DNA from: Anolis carolinensis
Taxonomy: Eukaryota
NCBI RefSeq assembly: GCF_035594765.1
Contig: NW_026943819.1
Location: forward strand, 18,712,703 to 18,776,702
DNA length: 64,000 nt
Direction: 5' to 3'
Part shown: in pieces, positions 1-12,807 of the stretch
How the letters are laid out: each line of letters starts with the position of its first letter
How positions within the stretch are numbered: position 1 is the first letter of the stretch
Program-made: the position numbers and the translations under genes
Notes under the pieces: generated by a model
The model's database searches: none
The model's input: the letters and a program-made list of their open reading frames with translations, nothing else
What the model was told of the DNA's origin: nothing

Positions 1-39
1 GCAGCTGGCTGCTCACCAGCCTGCGCCACAGCCCAGGCC
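1..39 (-). mobile_element. 5' head of tRNA-derived SINE (Anolis SINE2-like), cut by window edge
   Basis: ctgctcaccagcctgcgccacagccc matches the head of the full copies at 1917, 7476 and 9861. Confidence 0.85.
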
Positions 40-989
40 TATGAAATGTATATCTTGACAAGGATTGTGGACATACATTCTTAAAAATATACACACCTGA
101 AAAGTGCAGACATTTCATGTTTAGGGTACTCAGGCAAGATGTGCAATTTAAACTGTGTTTTTGGGGAGAGGATAAAGAAAGAAAGGGCTAGTGTTCATCC
201 TTTCAGAAAAGAGTGAGGGGATGAATGGAGCTGAAGCTGTACTAGATGTGAAGGAAGGAATGAGAGAATATACATACAGCTTGACTTGATAGCTATCCAT
301 ATTGCTGGGTAACATCAGCTCAGAACCTGTTCGGAGGTTCTCTGCATATGGGACAAAACACCTAACACAATGGTGTTTTTTCCTAGAGAGTTTCAGATAA
401 TGCCTGAATGTCACGTGATTTTTGTGCTTGGTTACATGATACATTGCACTTTGACATGATAATTGTGCTTTGCCAAACAGATTGGGTTTGAGACACTGCT
501 GGTTTTATGTCATCACCAGCAAATCTTCATTAACAGTATTTTCTAGCTCTACTATAGCAAATCCTGAAGCTTTCAGAGATTAAACATGGGGAAAGGGTAT
601 CTCTATCTCTGCATCTTCAACAGGGCTTTAATCTGGATAAAAGCCATCACAAAAAATACACACAAGTGCACTTGTGCTAAAGTATATTTCTATGCAAATT
701 AATTGTACAATTGTATTCATTAATGAAAATCATATTGGGTATCATCTTTGCTGAGCAACTAATGCAATAGATCTGGCATTTCTGCAATAGTAAATTACAT
801 ACAGGCTTTCAGTTTGGAATAATAACTTTCCATATGTGAATGGGGAGCTTATTTTCAGGATTCCCAGTCATGTGTACGGGTTGCACAAATAAAGAATGAG
901 ATTTTACTTACTGGTTGTATAATTTAAAATCATGCTATCACAGCTAGATTAGAGTTGGACAGGAGCAAAATATGAGTGACTGAGGAGTA

Positions 990-1200
990 AGGAACTGAAT
1001 ACTGGAGCAGGATTCTGGAGAACAGGGTTTGAATCCCTATTTGGTTGTGGAAATCCACTGGGTGAACTGGGCGAATCATACTCTCACGGCCTCAGAGAAA
1101 AGGAAGGGAAAACCCCCTCTGAATAAAATTCTGAATCCAAAATCCAATGATAGCTTTTCCTTTGGATCTCTATAAATTGGGAACGACTTGAAGTTACATA
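990..1200 (+). mobile_element. Old CORE-type tRNA SINE, degenerate (other copies ~5090-5280 +, ~5390-5580 -, 7360-7970 + split by SINE2, 11410-11630 -, 26560-26720 -, 51460-51802 +, 59140-59300 +)
   Basis: B-box-like GGTTTGAATCC, CORE-like ctgggtga..tgggc.a.tca, and 3' gacttgaag motif shared among copies. Confidence 0.6.
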
Positions 1201-1916
1201 TTGTGCAGAATATAGTGAGTAATTGTAGGGTTGTGTGGAGTTGGAGATTCACTTTCATAATGTCCTGAACAGCTGTGCAATGTTAAAGCTAGTTTAACAC
1301 CATACGCACATCCCTGATAAAGATGCCACTTTTGTGCCACATCCTTAAAAATCGCAATGGCATTTATATCAGTTTAAGACACTAGGAAGATTCAGCCCCC
1401 TTCTTGTATGTGAGCTGTGAACTCTTGTCTCTAACAATAAGGTGTTACCAGAGAGGCTTGGTCTCCAGCCTCTGTTACCTAAGACCAGAGGGAAAATGTG
1501 TTCTCTTAAATCATGATTTAGGAAACAATACCTAATGGGTTGTTTTGATCCAGTTAAATGGAGCATGCAGAGAAAGAAATACCACCTTTCAATTTGAGGC
1601 AGGTGAATTGTTGAAGAAAAGGCCTGCAGTAGAGAAATCAAGAGTTTGATGGGGAAAAGTGGGGAGCCAGAGACAGAATCTGGAGAAAATTATGGCCAAG
1701 GTAGTATGCTGCCTCTCAAACCTGGATTTCTCAGTTAATCACCTTGGTCCACATCTTGTTCTTTTTCTGATCCAGGTACCTGAAGTCTAAGGAATCTTAA
1801 TATAACATGATTCTGAGAATCAAAAATATGAACAGTCGGCAAAGCCTATAGTACGAGTTACATAGCACTAGACCAAACCTTCCAATAGTAGCAATCTAAT
1901 TTTTTCTTCATCTCCA

Positions 1917-2383
1917 TATTTATTTATTTATTTACAATAATTATATTCCGCCCTTCTCACCCCAAAGGGGACTCAGGGCGGATTACATTATATACATATA
2001 GGGCAAACATTCAATGCCCATATACACATAGAACCAAGACAGAGACAGACAGACGCAGAGGCAATTTAACCTTCTCCTGAGGGGATGTTCGATTCTGGCC
2101 ACAGGAGGAGGAGCTGCTTCATCATCCACTGCGACGACACTTCCTCATTCCAATGTCGTAAATTAGTTAAAATTGCCTCCCCACTTTATAAGTGGTACCT
2201 TATTTCCTACTTGATAGATGCAACTATATTTTGGGTTGCTAGGTCAGCAACGAGCAGGGGCTATTTTTTATTTATTAATTGACAGGTGCTCACCCCACCA
2301 CGGGCTGGCCTCGAACTTATGACCTCATGGTCAGAGTGATCTATTGTAGCAAGCTGCTCACCAGCCTGAGCCACAGCCCGGCC
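1917..2383 (-). mobile_element. Anolis SINE2-like tRNA SINE, full length
   Basis: Minus strand: A box TGGCTCAGGCTGG, B box GTTCGAGGCC, L2-like 3' stem-loop ccgccctgagtccc...gggcgg and (TAAA)n tail. Confidence 0.85.
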
Positions 2384-2529
2384 CTCATACTCCATACTCA
2401 ATCACTTTTCTATGTGTACTTTATGTTGTTTATATTGTTTGTTTTGATATGGCCAGTTGGCTGATCAATAAAAATTGTTTCATTTCATGTGATTTAAGCA
2501 CATAAAGAGGACACAGAAAGGGAACATGT

Positions 2530-2770
2530 AGAGGGGTGGTGTGGTAGAAACCCATAGTGAAAGGACACCCAAGAGATGGGCATCCAACTTCTGCTTAAAA
2601 ACTTCCAAAGATAGTATACCACCTTCCATGACAGTCTGTTTCACTGTTGTACACATTCATTAGATGTTCATATTAATGTTTATGTGGAATCTCTTTTTTT
2701 TCTGGAAAATTGAACTCATTCTCTCCTTGGTAACCATGCTCCATCTTCTACATGACTTCCCTTCAAATAT
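2530..2770 (-). mobile_element. Old CR1 3' fragment
   Basis: Degenerate match to the 3' part of the CR1 at 57936-58626 (gagatgggcatccaacttctgcttaaaaacttccaa). Confidence 0.5.
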
Positions 2771-2869
2771 TTAATGATGCAGAGGTACTTGGGAAGTTCA
2801 GAGAAAGCATGGGACTTTTGGATTTTCTTCTCTTATTACTTGGTCATTTAAATTGGTCCAGGTATATGC

Positions 2870-3101
2870 TCGATCTGTGCATTAATGTTTTTACTGATTG
2901 TCATGTTTAAATTTATTGTTTTTTAATGTGAAATTTTATTATAATGTGTATGTTATTGTCATTTTATACTTTTGATATTAATGAAGAAATTGGGGCATTG
3001 AATGTTTGCCATTTATATGTATGTTAACCACCCTGAGTCCCTCTGAGGAGAGAGGGAAGTCTAGAAATAAAGTTTTTATTGTTGTTGTTGTTGTTGTTGT
3101 T
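2870..3101 (+). mobile_element. L2-like LINE 3' end with (TTA)/(GTT)n tail
   Basis: T-rich UTR, ccctgagtccctctgaggagagagggaag stem-loop, aataaagtttttatt(gtt)n. Confidence 0.7.
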
Positions 3102-3954
3102 GTATGACACAGCAAACAAGATAGATATGCTGGATTTCGTATCACAAAATCACAAGTCGAACACTTCCCAAGTGTCTAGGACTGTGTGATGTATTTTTGG
3201 ATGATGCGTGCAGATCCCAGTAGGGGTGGCCTTTTGCAGTTGGCAGATCATAATTTTGTCAATGTCTATTGTTTCCAAATGCCGGCTGAGATCTTTTGGC
3301 ACGGCATCCAATGTGCCGATCACCACCAGGACCACCTGCACTGGTTTCTGCCAGAGTCTTTGAAGTTCAATCTTGAGGTCCTGATAGCAGCTTAGTTTTT
3401 CCTGTTGTTTTTCGTCAATGCTACTGTCACCTGGGATGGCGACATCAATGATCCAAACCTTTTTCTTTTCCACAACTGTGATGTCTGGTGTGTTGTGTTC
3501 CAGAACCTTGTCAGTCTGGATTCGGAAGTCCCACAGTATCTTTGCGTGCTCGTTTTCCAATACTTTTGCAGGTTTGTGATCCCACCAGTTCTTTGCTGCT
3601 TGGAGGTGGTACTTGAGGCATATTTGGGCCACATAGTTGTGCCTCCGTTTGTAGTCTGTCTGTGCGATTTTCTTACAGCAGCTGAGGATATGATCAATGG
3701 GTCATCAGCTGATTTTTTGATCTTGGCCTTAATTGCATTTGTTCTGATGACTTGCTCCTGGGCTGCAAGGATCAGGCCTTCTGTCTCCTTCTTCAGGATC
3801 CCATTTGTGAGCCAGAGCCAGGTCTTCTCCTTATCAGCTTTTCCTTCAATTTTGTCAAGGAACTTTCCATGCAATGTTTTGTTGTGCCAGCTGTCAGCTC
3901 TAGTTTGTAGTGCAGTTTTCTTGTACTGTTTTTTTGTCTGCTGTGCTTTGAGGA

Positions 3955-3955
<1 letters not shown>
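3102..3955 (-). mobile_element. R4/Dong-clade non-LTR retrotransposon, 5'-truncated, frameshifted
   Basis: ORFs 3392-3874 and 3150-3632 encode HNTPDITVVE...DVAIP...EK (restriction-like endonuclease); flanked by (GTT)n and (TTA)n 3956-4004. Confidence 0.9.
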
Positions 3956-4005
<50 letters not shown>

Positions 4006-5605
4006 TCAAGAGAAGACAAACTGTGCTCTTTTAATTGTTGTTCTACTTGTCGTCAGCAGTACCCTCATGTGTTTTCCCCTTTGTAGGCAAATGTTTCACC
4101 ACTCTTCTAATAAAACAGAATACGGGAAATCTACATGTTCCTACCATCATCCCCGCTGTTTGCAATCTGTCAATGAAGTCATAGTCCACTGCTTTACAAA
4201 GTTCGGAAAAGACCCAATCTGATAAAATTCTGATGCAGCTGACTTATTCCTTATATCATCTGGAGTTTTGTGTGAATAAGGACCCAGTGGAATTGAGCAA
4301 GATTGATCTTATAAGGCTGCCTCTCTACTCTCTTTAACTTTTGTGACCCCAGGCACTGCACAGAGAGTTTGCTGAGCAAACAGGTATTCCAAGACTTTTC
4401 CTAGGTACAAATCAATTTTAATTACAACAAAGCCTTCCCACAATAGTGCTGCCAGCCAAATGGATCCCAAACTGTGTAGTATTTCCTTCCTTCATCCACT
4501 AACTATCTGAAATTAAATGGCGAGCTGTATTGCGGCAGGGCCATTGTCATGCAAACGAAGGAAAAACAACTTCCTTTCCAATTTTCTCATGCAAATAGAG
4601 ACTGCATTGTTGAGACAGAGAATGTGTTTTGCCATCTCAGTGGTTCTGCAAGAGAGATAAGAAGGATTGCACAAGTTTTGCAATTTCTAAACTGGCTGGT
4701 TGTTTACACACACCTCTCACAAAATGTTTAAACAAAATTAGTATCTAAAACAGCAAGGTCAGCAAACTGAAAATTTCATCAGCATTATTTTCTTTCTTTA
4801 TGCCATATATTCACATTTATTCTGTCCATCCTCTGGTTCAAAACACCAGGCTTAGCATTTTCAGAGTACTAAGAGCAAGAGTTCTCTCTGACTCTATTGG
4901 CTCAATCTAGGATTTGCAAACTAAGGATTATACTCCAGCAATATTCACCTAAGTGCCTTTAGAAATGCAGGCTTTTTGGAAGTGAAGTTTCAGTAAACAT
5001 GCATAACCTTGGGCTGTAATATTAAACTGAACATATTGCCATTTAAATTTTTGAGAACAGGTGTGTGTGTGTACCTGTGTGTGTATGTTCAGTTCTGTAC
5101 TAAGACTTCAAGGAAACAGGGTTTGAATCCATTGGGTGACTCTGGGCAAGTCACATGCTCTTAGCCTTACAGGGATACAATGGCAACCTTCGTCTGAACA
5201 AATCTTGGCAACAAAAGGCCTGACGGAGCCCCAATGGGGTTGCCATAAATCAGAAATAATTCTAAAGCACAGTACCATAATCTTTTATGATAGCCTGGTG
5301 TCTAAACACATGTTTTCAGTTATCTTTCTGACCATAATTCTAAAATTAGAATGAGTATTTAAACACTGTAACGCAATTTTTGCTGCAAGTGTTGTTTGTT
5401 GTTTCTGCCTTTAAGTCATTTTTAATTTAAGGTGGCTCTATGATAATCCTATCAATGTTTTCTGGGAGTGTGTGACTCTTCCGAGACCAACCAATGGGTT
5501 TCCATGATTGAGTAGGGAATCGTACCCTCATCACTGCTCATCATCATAGTCCAATGCTCAACTACACTCACTATCAAAACAACCATGCTGCCTGTTCTGC
5601 TATGC

Positions 5606-5740
5606 CAGTGGTTCTCAACCTATGGGTCCCCAGATGTTTTGGCTTTCAACTCCCAGAAATCCTAACAGCTGGTAAACTGATTGGGATTTCTGGAAGTTGT
5701 AGGCCAAAACACCTGGGGACCCACAGGTTGAGAACCACTG
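5606..5740. mobile_element. hAT-type MITE
   Basis: TIR CAGTGGTTCTCAACCT...AGGTTGAGAACCACTG; perfect 8-bp TSD TGCTATGC. Confidence 0.92.
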
Positions 5741-5921
5741 TGCTATGCAAAGGGGTGCATTTCTCATTATGTTTTGGCTTCTTCGTATCACAAGCATTTC
5801 TGAATATTATAAAAGACTCCTGCCTTCTATGGTTGGATCTACATCTATACTGCCCTATATCCCAGGATCAGATCCCAAATTATCTTCTTATTCCAGATTA
5901 TCTGGTAGTGTAGATTTATAT

Positions 5922-6238
5922 AAAGGTAAAGGTTTCCCCTGACATTAAGTCCTGTCATGTCTGACTCTGGGGGTTGGTGCTCATCTCCATTTCTAAGCCG
6001 AAGAGCCGGCGTTGTCCGTAGACACCTCCAAGGTCATGTGGCTGGCATGACTGCATGGAGCACAGTTACCTTCCCACCGGAGCGGTACCTATTGATCTAC
6101 TCACATTGGAATGTTTTCGAACTGCTAGGTTGGCAGAAGCTGGAGCTAACAGCAGGCGCTCACTCCGCTCCCGGGATTTGAACTTGGGACCTTTCGGTCT
6201 GCAACTTCAGCAGCTCAGTGCTTTAACACACTTCGCCA
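5922..6238 (-). mobile_element. Sauria SINE, near full length
   Basis: (ACCTTT)n tail, tRNA-like head with GTTCAAATCCC B box, conserved body. Confidence 0.9.
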
Positions 6239-7475
6239 GATCCTGGGATATAGGGCCTAATATGGGAGGAGAACAAGAGAAGATAAAACCAGAAAAGGGA
6301 AAAGACAGAGGATTAACTTGTCTCCTTGATGTGTAGCAAGTCCAGGGCAAGCGGAATCCATGCAACTTGGCCTTGTGATTTAATTGATCTTGGTAGAAAT
6401 GTTTTTAATTCTATCTCAAGAAAGTTTTCTGTCACAGAGTCCTCAAAGGAAAACCACCTTTGACTGCTCGCCCTCCCCAAAGCATCTTATTGTGAGAAAA
6501 ATTATAAGACACATTATTAGCAAGTTCTTTTCCATGACACAGTTGGGTCATAAAAATGCAGGCAATTCAAAGTATGGTTTGAATATCCAGGTACACAATA
6601 TAGGTTTCCAGGACAACATGCCAACAACATTCTTTTCCTAGTGAAAGAGGTTCACAGACCAATGCAAAGATGTTTCCACTTGACTACTGTACTTTTCACA
6701 TTTCTCTGACTATTTTTATACCATAGGAACTTAAATCACATCTTAGGTACCTCAAGACTGATACAAAATCTTAAGACACTCCTCCTATTCTTCTCAAAGG
6801 CTTTATCTTCACATCTTTAGTTTTCTACTTTCCCTTTTATTTTACTTCCAAGAAAGACTTACTCAGCCTTACTGCCATGATCATGTGGTCGAAGCCACAA
6901 AGCCACATACCACAAAGTAATAACTAACAGTGTTGGAGCTCCACTAATTACTCTACTCTTGGAGACCACCTTACTGAAGACAGGAGTCTCTCTTCAAACG
7001 CTTCACTTTTGTGATATACTAGGATATCATATCTTCTTAAACCTTACTTCTACAAGCTGTGGGGGCATAAAATAAGGACTTCAAAACAGAGAGTGGGCTA
7101 AGTTATTCCTCCACATTATCTGGGACAGAAATCCAGTATCCAGTATAATAGGACACACCAAGGGATGGATGTAGTCTTCAGTGCATTGCCAGCAACTTCT
7201 GAGTATGTTCAAAAAACAAGAGAGAAGTAAAGTGTGTCATTACTTGAGGATGGTCTTAGATCATGCTGGGTCTCACCTCACATTCTTAAGAGTTTTCTGC
7301 TGTTAATAAAATATTCACAAACCACTTCCTATACAGAAAAGCCAGCAGGACATACCAGTTTGAACCTCAACTATGACTTTGGAGACCAGTGTTTGATTCT
7401 TCTGCTTGGCCATGAAAACCCACTGACCTGTTGTAAGTCATACTCTCCCAGATTCAGAGAGAGAGTCACCATAAG

Positions 7476-7938
7476 TTTATTTACTTATTATTTATTTACA
7501 GTATTTATATTCCGCCCTTCTCACCCCGAAGGGGACTCAGGGCCGATCACATTATACACACATAGGGCAAACATTCAATGGCCATAAACACATCAAACAG
7601 AGACCGAGACAGACAGACGCAGAGGCAATTTAACCTTCTCCTGAGGGGATGTTCGATTCTGGCCACAGGGGGGAGCAGCTGCTTCATCATCCACTCTGAC
7701 GGCACAGGTCGTAAATTAGTTAAACTTGCCTCCCCACTTTTATAAGTGGTACCTTATTTCCTACTTGATAGATGCAACTATCTTTCGGGTTGCTAGGTCA
7801 GCAACGAGCAGGGGCTATTTTTTTATTTATTTTTAATTGATGGGTGCTCACCCTGCCACGGGCTGGCCTCGAACTCATGACCACATGGTCAGAGTGATTT
7901 ATGGCAGCTGCTCAACAGCCTGAGCCACAGCCCGGCCC
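7476..7938 (-). mobile_element. Anolis SINE2-like SINE inserted in an old CORE-type SINE
   Basis: Same body as the 1917 copy; AAGTT duplicated at both junctions. Confidence 0.88.
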
Positions 7939-9860
7939 AAGTTGAAAACAACTTGAAGGCTTACAAAAACTAAAAGCATGCTGGAGGTCTCTCTACAGAT
8001 GCTCAGATTTCAGATCTGTGGGGGGAATCACAGGTAGCATTACCTTGTTACACATGTGGCTCTTATGTCCTAAAAAAGCATATGGTTGGAACCAAATGGT
8101 AAATGTAATTACAAGGCAAAATATGAAACAATTAAGATTTGTTTCCCTTTTGTCAGTCCTCCAGCAGCAAAATCCAACAATCCTTTTTTAAGGAATTAAT
8201 TAGAATGCTTTTGGTTGCAGTCCAAATTGGAAAGGATGGGATGGTCTCAACTGGTAGAACAGGGTTTGGAGTCCTATGCTATCAGATAAATTAACTTGCA
8301 ACATCACAGTAATTAGAGAAACAGAAATGTGGACAAGTTGTTTCCATCTGCTGTGCTTTCATTTATTTCACTGACAAAGATGGCAAGGATTGCTTAGGAA
8401 ACTCAACAGAGGGGGTCTTTTAGTGAGTTGATGTGTGTACAGTCCATCCTTCATTGTTATGTTATGTATCTGAGAATATTTAACTAACTTTTAAAACAAA
8501 CAAACAATATTGCCAGCAGATGGGCAAGTAAAGAATATAGAAGCATCAAATGCAGTCACCCATCCAAAATGTGTACAGAGAAATGAAAGAAAGGAGACTC
8601 TTTAGATCACAATAAGAACTTATAAAGGGGAAGTGTTGAAGACAAGATTAAATATAGAAATCGTAACTGGGAAGAAATTTGACAAGTGAGTTGAACTTTT
8701 TTCCTGGGCTTGAATCATGGCATGGATCAGACGCACTCCGTAGGTGACTATGTGACACACTGCGAGAGACTGGCTGAGTAGTACAAACACTAAGATTTGG
8801 CCTCTGTCCACCTCAACATCGTTTTAAGTACTACTGAGTTGGACTCTTCCCTATGCTGTGTCCTGGCTCAGAGCCAGTTGTGCAGCATCCAAAAATAAAG
8901 TCACATGGCACCTTATTCTCATATCGTGAACACTTTCTAAATCAAGCTGTCAACCCCAAGAAAAACAACCATGCAACAGCACTCTACAGTCAAGCTTCAC
9001 ATTTCCAAATAATACCAAAGAATGAATTTCATCCAAGGGTCCCTTAAAAACTTCCTTTGGTCTTTAATGAAGCAATTCAAATTGCACGCTGCAAAACAAC
9101 TCTAAATAAGATGAAAGCCCACCTACATGGAGTTGTTAGCCAATATGACCTGAATCAAAGTTCCTTCTGAATGGGAATGCTAAAATAATTCACTGAGTTT
9201 GATTTTTTTTTCATTTTTCATCTTCTACTTAAACACTGGCTTTCTAATTATTCCTTAAGCAACATTACAAGCATGTATAAAAACGAAACTATTATTCTGG
9301 TGAAACAAGTATCCCAGAACCTGCTTCTGCCTGATTCCATCTAGTGATCTTTAAAATATCTACTAAATTGTTCTCCTTGAAACAGACTGGTGATTAATTG
9401 CCAACCTCTGTGCAAATTTCTCATCCCTCGTAATGAGGAATGCTTTGCTTTTCATCAAAGATTTAGCAATCTGTACCAAAAAAAACCCTCTCTATGAAAA
9501 AATTGCCTTTTCATTTTCTGAAGGAAATTACACATGTGCGCATACGGAGAGTGGGGATGGGGGGGGGCTGATGGATAAAAAAATCCAATACTTCTCATCT
9601 TTAAAAGCCTATACAGTAGGACAGCAAGCATCATAGCTCCGCTATACAATTTGAACAGTTTCTACACTTTACACAATTTGCATGAAAAATGTTCTCAGAA
9701 ATACAAAACCTGTCTGAATTGAGAGAACTATCCAGAAATACAATACCTCTCAGAATGGAGAGAACTATCTTGCAGGTAAGGCTGGGGAAAATAGTAGTTT
9801 TTCATTTTCATGTGAGAGAAGAAGACGTGTAAGGATTTCTTTACATTTCCAGGTCTATTC

Positions 9861-10355
9861 CTTTATTTATTTATTTATTTATTTACAGTATTTATATTCC
9901 GCCCTTCTCACCCTGAAGGGGACTCAGGATGGATCACATTATGTACATATAGGGCAAACATTCAATGCCCATAAACGCATCGAACCGAGACAGAGACAAC
10001 AGACAGACAGACAGACGCAGCGGCAATTTAACCTTCTCCTGAGGGGATGTTCGATTCTGGCCACAGGGGGGAGCAGCTGCTTCATCATCCACTCTGACTG
10101 CACTTCCTCACTTCCTCATTCCAACGCTGTAAATTAGTTAAACTTGCCTCCCCACTTTTATAAGTGGTACCTTATTTCCTACTTGATAGATGCAACTATC
10201 TTTCGGGTTGCTAGGTCAGCAACGAGCAGGGGCTATATTTTATTTTTAATTGACGGGTGCTCACCCCGCCACGGGCTGGCCTCGAACTCATGACCTCATG
10301 GTCAGAGTGATTTATTGCAGCAGCTGTTTACCAGCCTGCGCCACAGCCTGGCCCC
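9861..10355 (-). mobile_element. Anolis SINE2-like SINE
   Basis: Same body; (TAAA)n tail. Confidence 0.88.
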
Positions 10356-11663
10356 TTTAAAGCTGAGATGGTCAACTGCATGGGGAATGTGGCAATCTTT
10401 CTGCCTCAGACCTCGCTCCTCAAACACCTTCATTGCCCTCTGAAGACCTTATGGAATTGGAGACAGTAAGTGAATATGCATCTTTTCCTTCCACTAATTT
10501 GAGATATACCTCAAAAGAACATTTAAGGATCTCTTGTTCCTCTCCTGGAATATTTTCTCTGTAGGCCTTGTGGTATACAGGAGTCAGGGATGCCAGTGGG
10601 GATACGTTTTATGTGTTGGGGAAAGGATTCTACATGATTTTGCAAACATAGTCTGAAAATAATGATATTTCAAAAAAGAATTGACGGTTGAGAGACTTTG
10701 GGGGGCTCTGGGGACTGGCGGGGGCTTCAGAGGCACAAGTGGGACTGCATCACGTCTGAAGGCTGTACTTTGCTAACCCATTTTAAGGTCTATTGTGAAA
10801 TGTGGATCACAGAAACCTCAGAGACTGACTATTGAACTCAAAAGTATTCATGAAACAATCTGATGCTTTCAAACAAAATGTCATTTTGACACTAAAATGA
10901 ATTTACTCCCTTAATTTCCCTCAACAGTTTTGAAACTGAATATCTACAGATATTCCTTGAATGCTCAATGATTTCCTGAATATTTATTATGTATTTGCAT
11001 TAATTGCAACTGGCATGCAAGAACACCTTTTTTTGATTACACATTACACCTGACAGGATACCATATTTAATATATGACATAATCTGATGAATATGCAGTG
11101 GCATTTCATATATGTTAAGTGGAAAAGCTCATAAGATTTCACATGACTCAGGGCAATATAGAGAGAACACCAGGTCCAAATATTACATTTTGAATCCAAG
11201 AATCGCACAGAAGAAGTGTGGATATTGTATTGAATATTTGCAATTCAAAAATTGTGTACCATATTTGATATTTAGAAAATACATATTAAAATTAAATTCA
11301 TCTGTAATCAGATTGAAGGTTCTTTCATGGAATGTATTATTTCATTTAGTTTGAAATCACGCTTATATCTTCGTTGCTACATGCCTTGAGATCTTGAAGA
11401 GTTTAATAACTTGTTGTTGTGAACCTTTAAGCCATTTTCAGTCTATGGCAACGGTAAGACAAATGTATCAAAGGGGATTTTTTGGCAAGATTTATCCAGA
11501 AATGTTTTGCCTTTGCCTTCCTTTGAGGCCAAGACTTGCCCAAGGTCACCCAGTAGGTTTCCTTGGTTGAGCAGGGATTCAAACCCTGATCTCCAAAGAT
11601 ATAGTCCAACACTCAAACCACTACACCACTTTCCCTTAAATGGCTTGTCTCTAGTCTTTAATA

Positions 11664-12484
11664 CAGTGGTTCTCAACCGTGACCCAACAATGGGTTTCAA
11701 GAACGAAATCTGGTCCACAAACCTCCTTCCTCTTTAATTCTTTATTTTCTTTTCCTTCTGCAAAGCTGACCATTGCATTGGATAGACCATTAAATACTAG
11801 CTGTGCCCGGCCACATGTTGCTGTGGCAAAGTGGTGGTGGTATTGGTGAAAAATTGTTGTGTAAATTTTATTTGACGTTATTTGTATTTTTTAATTAATT
11901 TTATTGTAAGTTATCTTTTTATTTATTATATTTTATTATTTTCTTATATTATTTTTAGTTATTTTCTGTTATTATACTATTTTATTGTATTAATTTTTTT
12001 AGTGTTTTTAATTATTTTTTAGTGTTTTTTATTATTTTTTATTGGGTTGCTAGGAGACCAAGTTGGAGGAGCTTAGCCTTCTAACTGGCAACAATTAGAT
12101 AAAAGCAATTATTCCTCTCCCTCTAATTAGGACTTTATTTTTCTTTTCTTTTTGTTGTATCAACCTAGAGCCGTGGATGATGGGTTATGTTGTCAAATTT
12201 CGAGGTTGGGGGGCCTGTAGTTTTGTTGTTTTGTCTGGTGCCGTGATTCCATCACTCTTTTATATATATAGATAGTTTTCTGTGGGTGAGCGGATGGCGA
12301 CTACTGGATGGCATATGTTCTGTATCAGAAACTAGAGCTGATGTGGTCCAACCAATGCAATTTTCTGAATCAGCACCCCAAATAATTAAACCAAATTTAT
12401 GGTTGACCAAAAACTGATTCATAACCCTTTTGGTACTCAAAAGTTGGAAAGTGGGCCCTGGTCAAAAAAGGTTGGGAACCACTA
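11664..12484. mobile_element. Non-autonomous hAT element hosting a Helitron
   Basis: CAGTGGTTCTCAACC...GGTTGGGAACCACTA termini; 8-bp TSD CTTTAATA at 11656-11663 and 12810-12817. Confidence 0.8.
11797..12272 (-). mobile_element. Non-autonomous Helitron (A-rich subfamily)
   Basis: Minus strand A|TC...GCCAC-N8-GTGGC hairpin...CTAG|T; no TSD. Confidence 0.85.
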
Positions 12485-12807
12485 CAGTAGAGTCTCACTT
12501 ATCCAACATAAACGGGCCGGCAGAACGTTGGATAAGCGAATATGTTGGATAATAAGGAGGCATTAAGGAAAAGCCTATTAAACATCAAATTAGGTAATGA
12601 TTTTACAAATGAAGCACCAAAACATCATGTTAGACAACAAATTTGGCAGAAAAAGTAGTTCAATACACAGTAATGCTATGTAGTAATTACTGTATTTATG
12701 AATTTAGCACCAAAATATCACGATATATTTAAAACATTGACTACAAAAATGCGTTGGATAATCCAGAACGTTGGATAAGCGAGTGTTGGATAAGTGAGAC
12801 TCTACTG
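12485..12807 (+). mobile_element. Tc1/mariner (pogo/Tigger-like) MITE, ~323 bp
   Basis: TIR CAGTAGAGTCTCACTTATCCAAC; TA TSD. Confidence 0.92.

Noticed and set aside
3405-4034. 209-aa ORF with poly-Tyr, and similar poly-I/L/N ORFs
   Set aside because: Antisense of R4 plus translated (TTA)n microsatellites.
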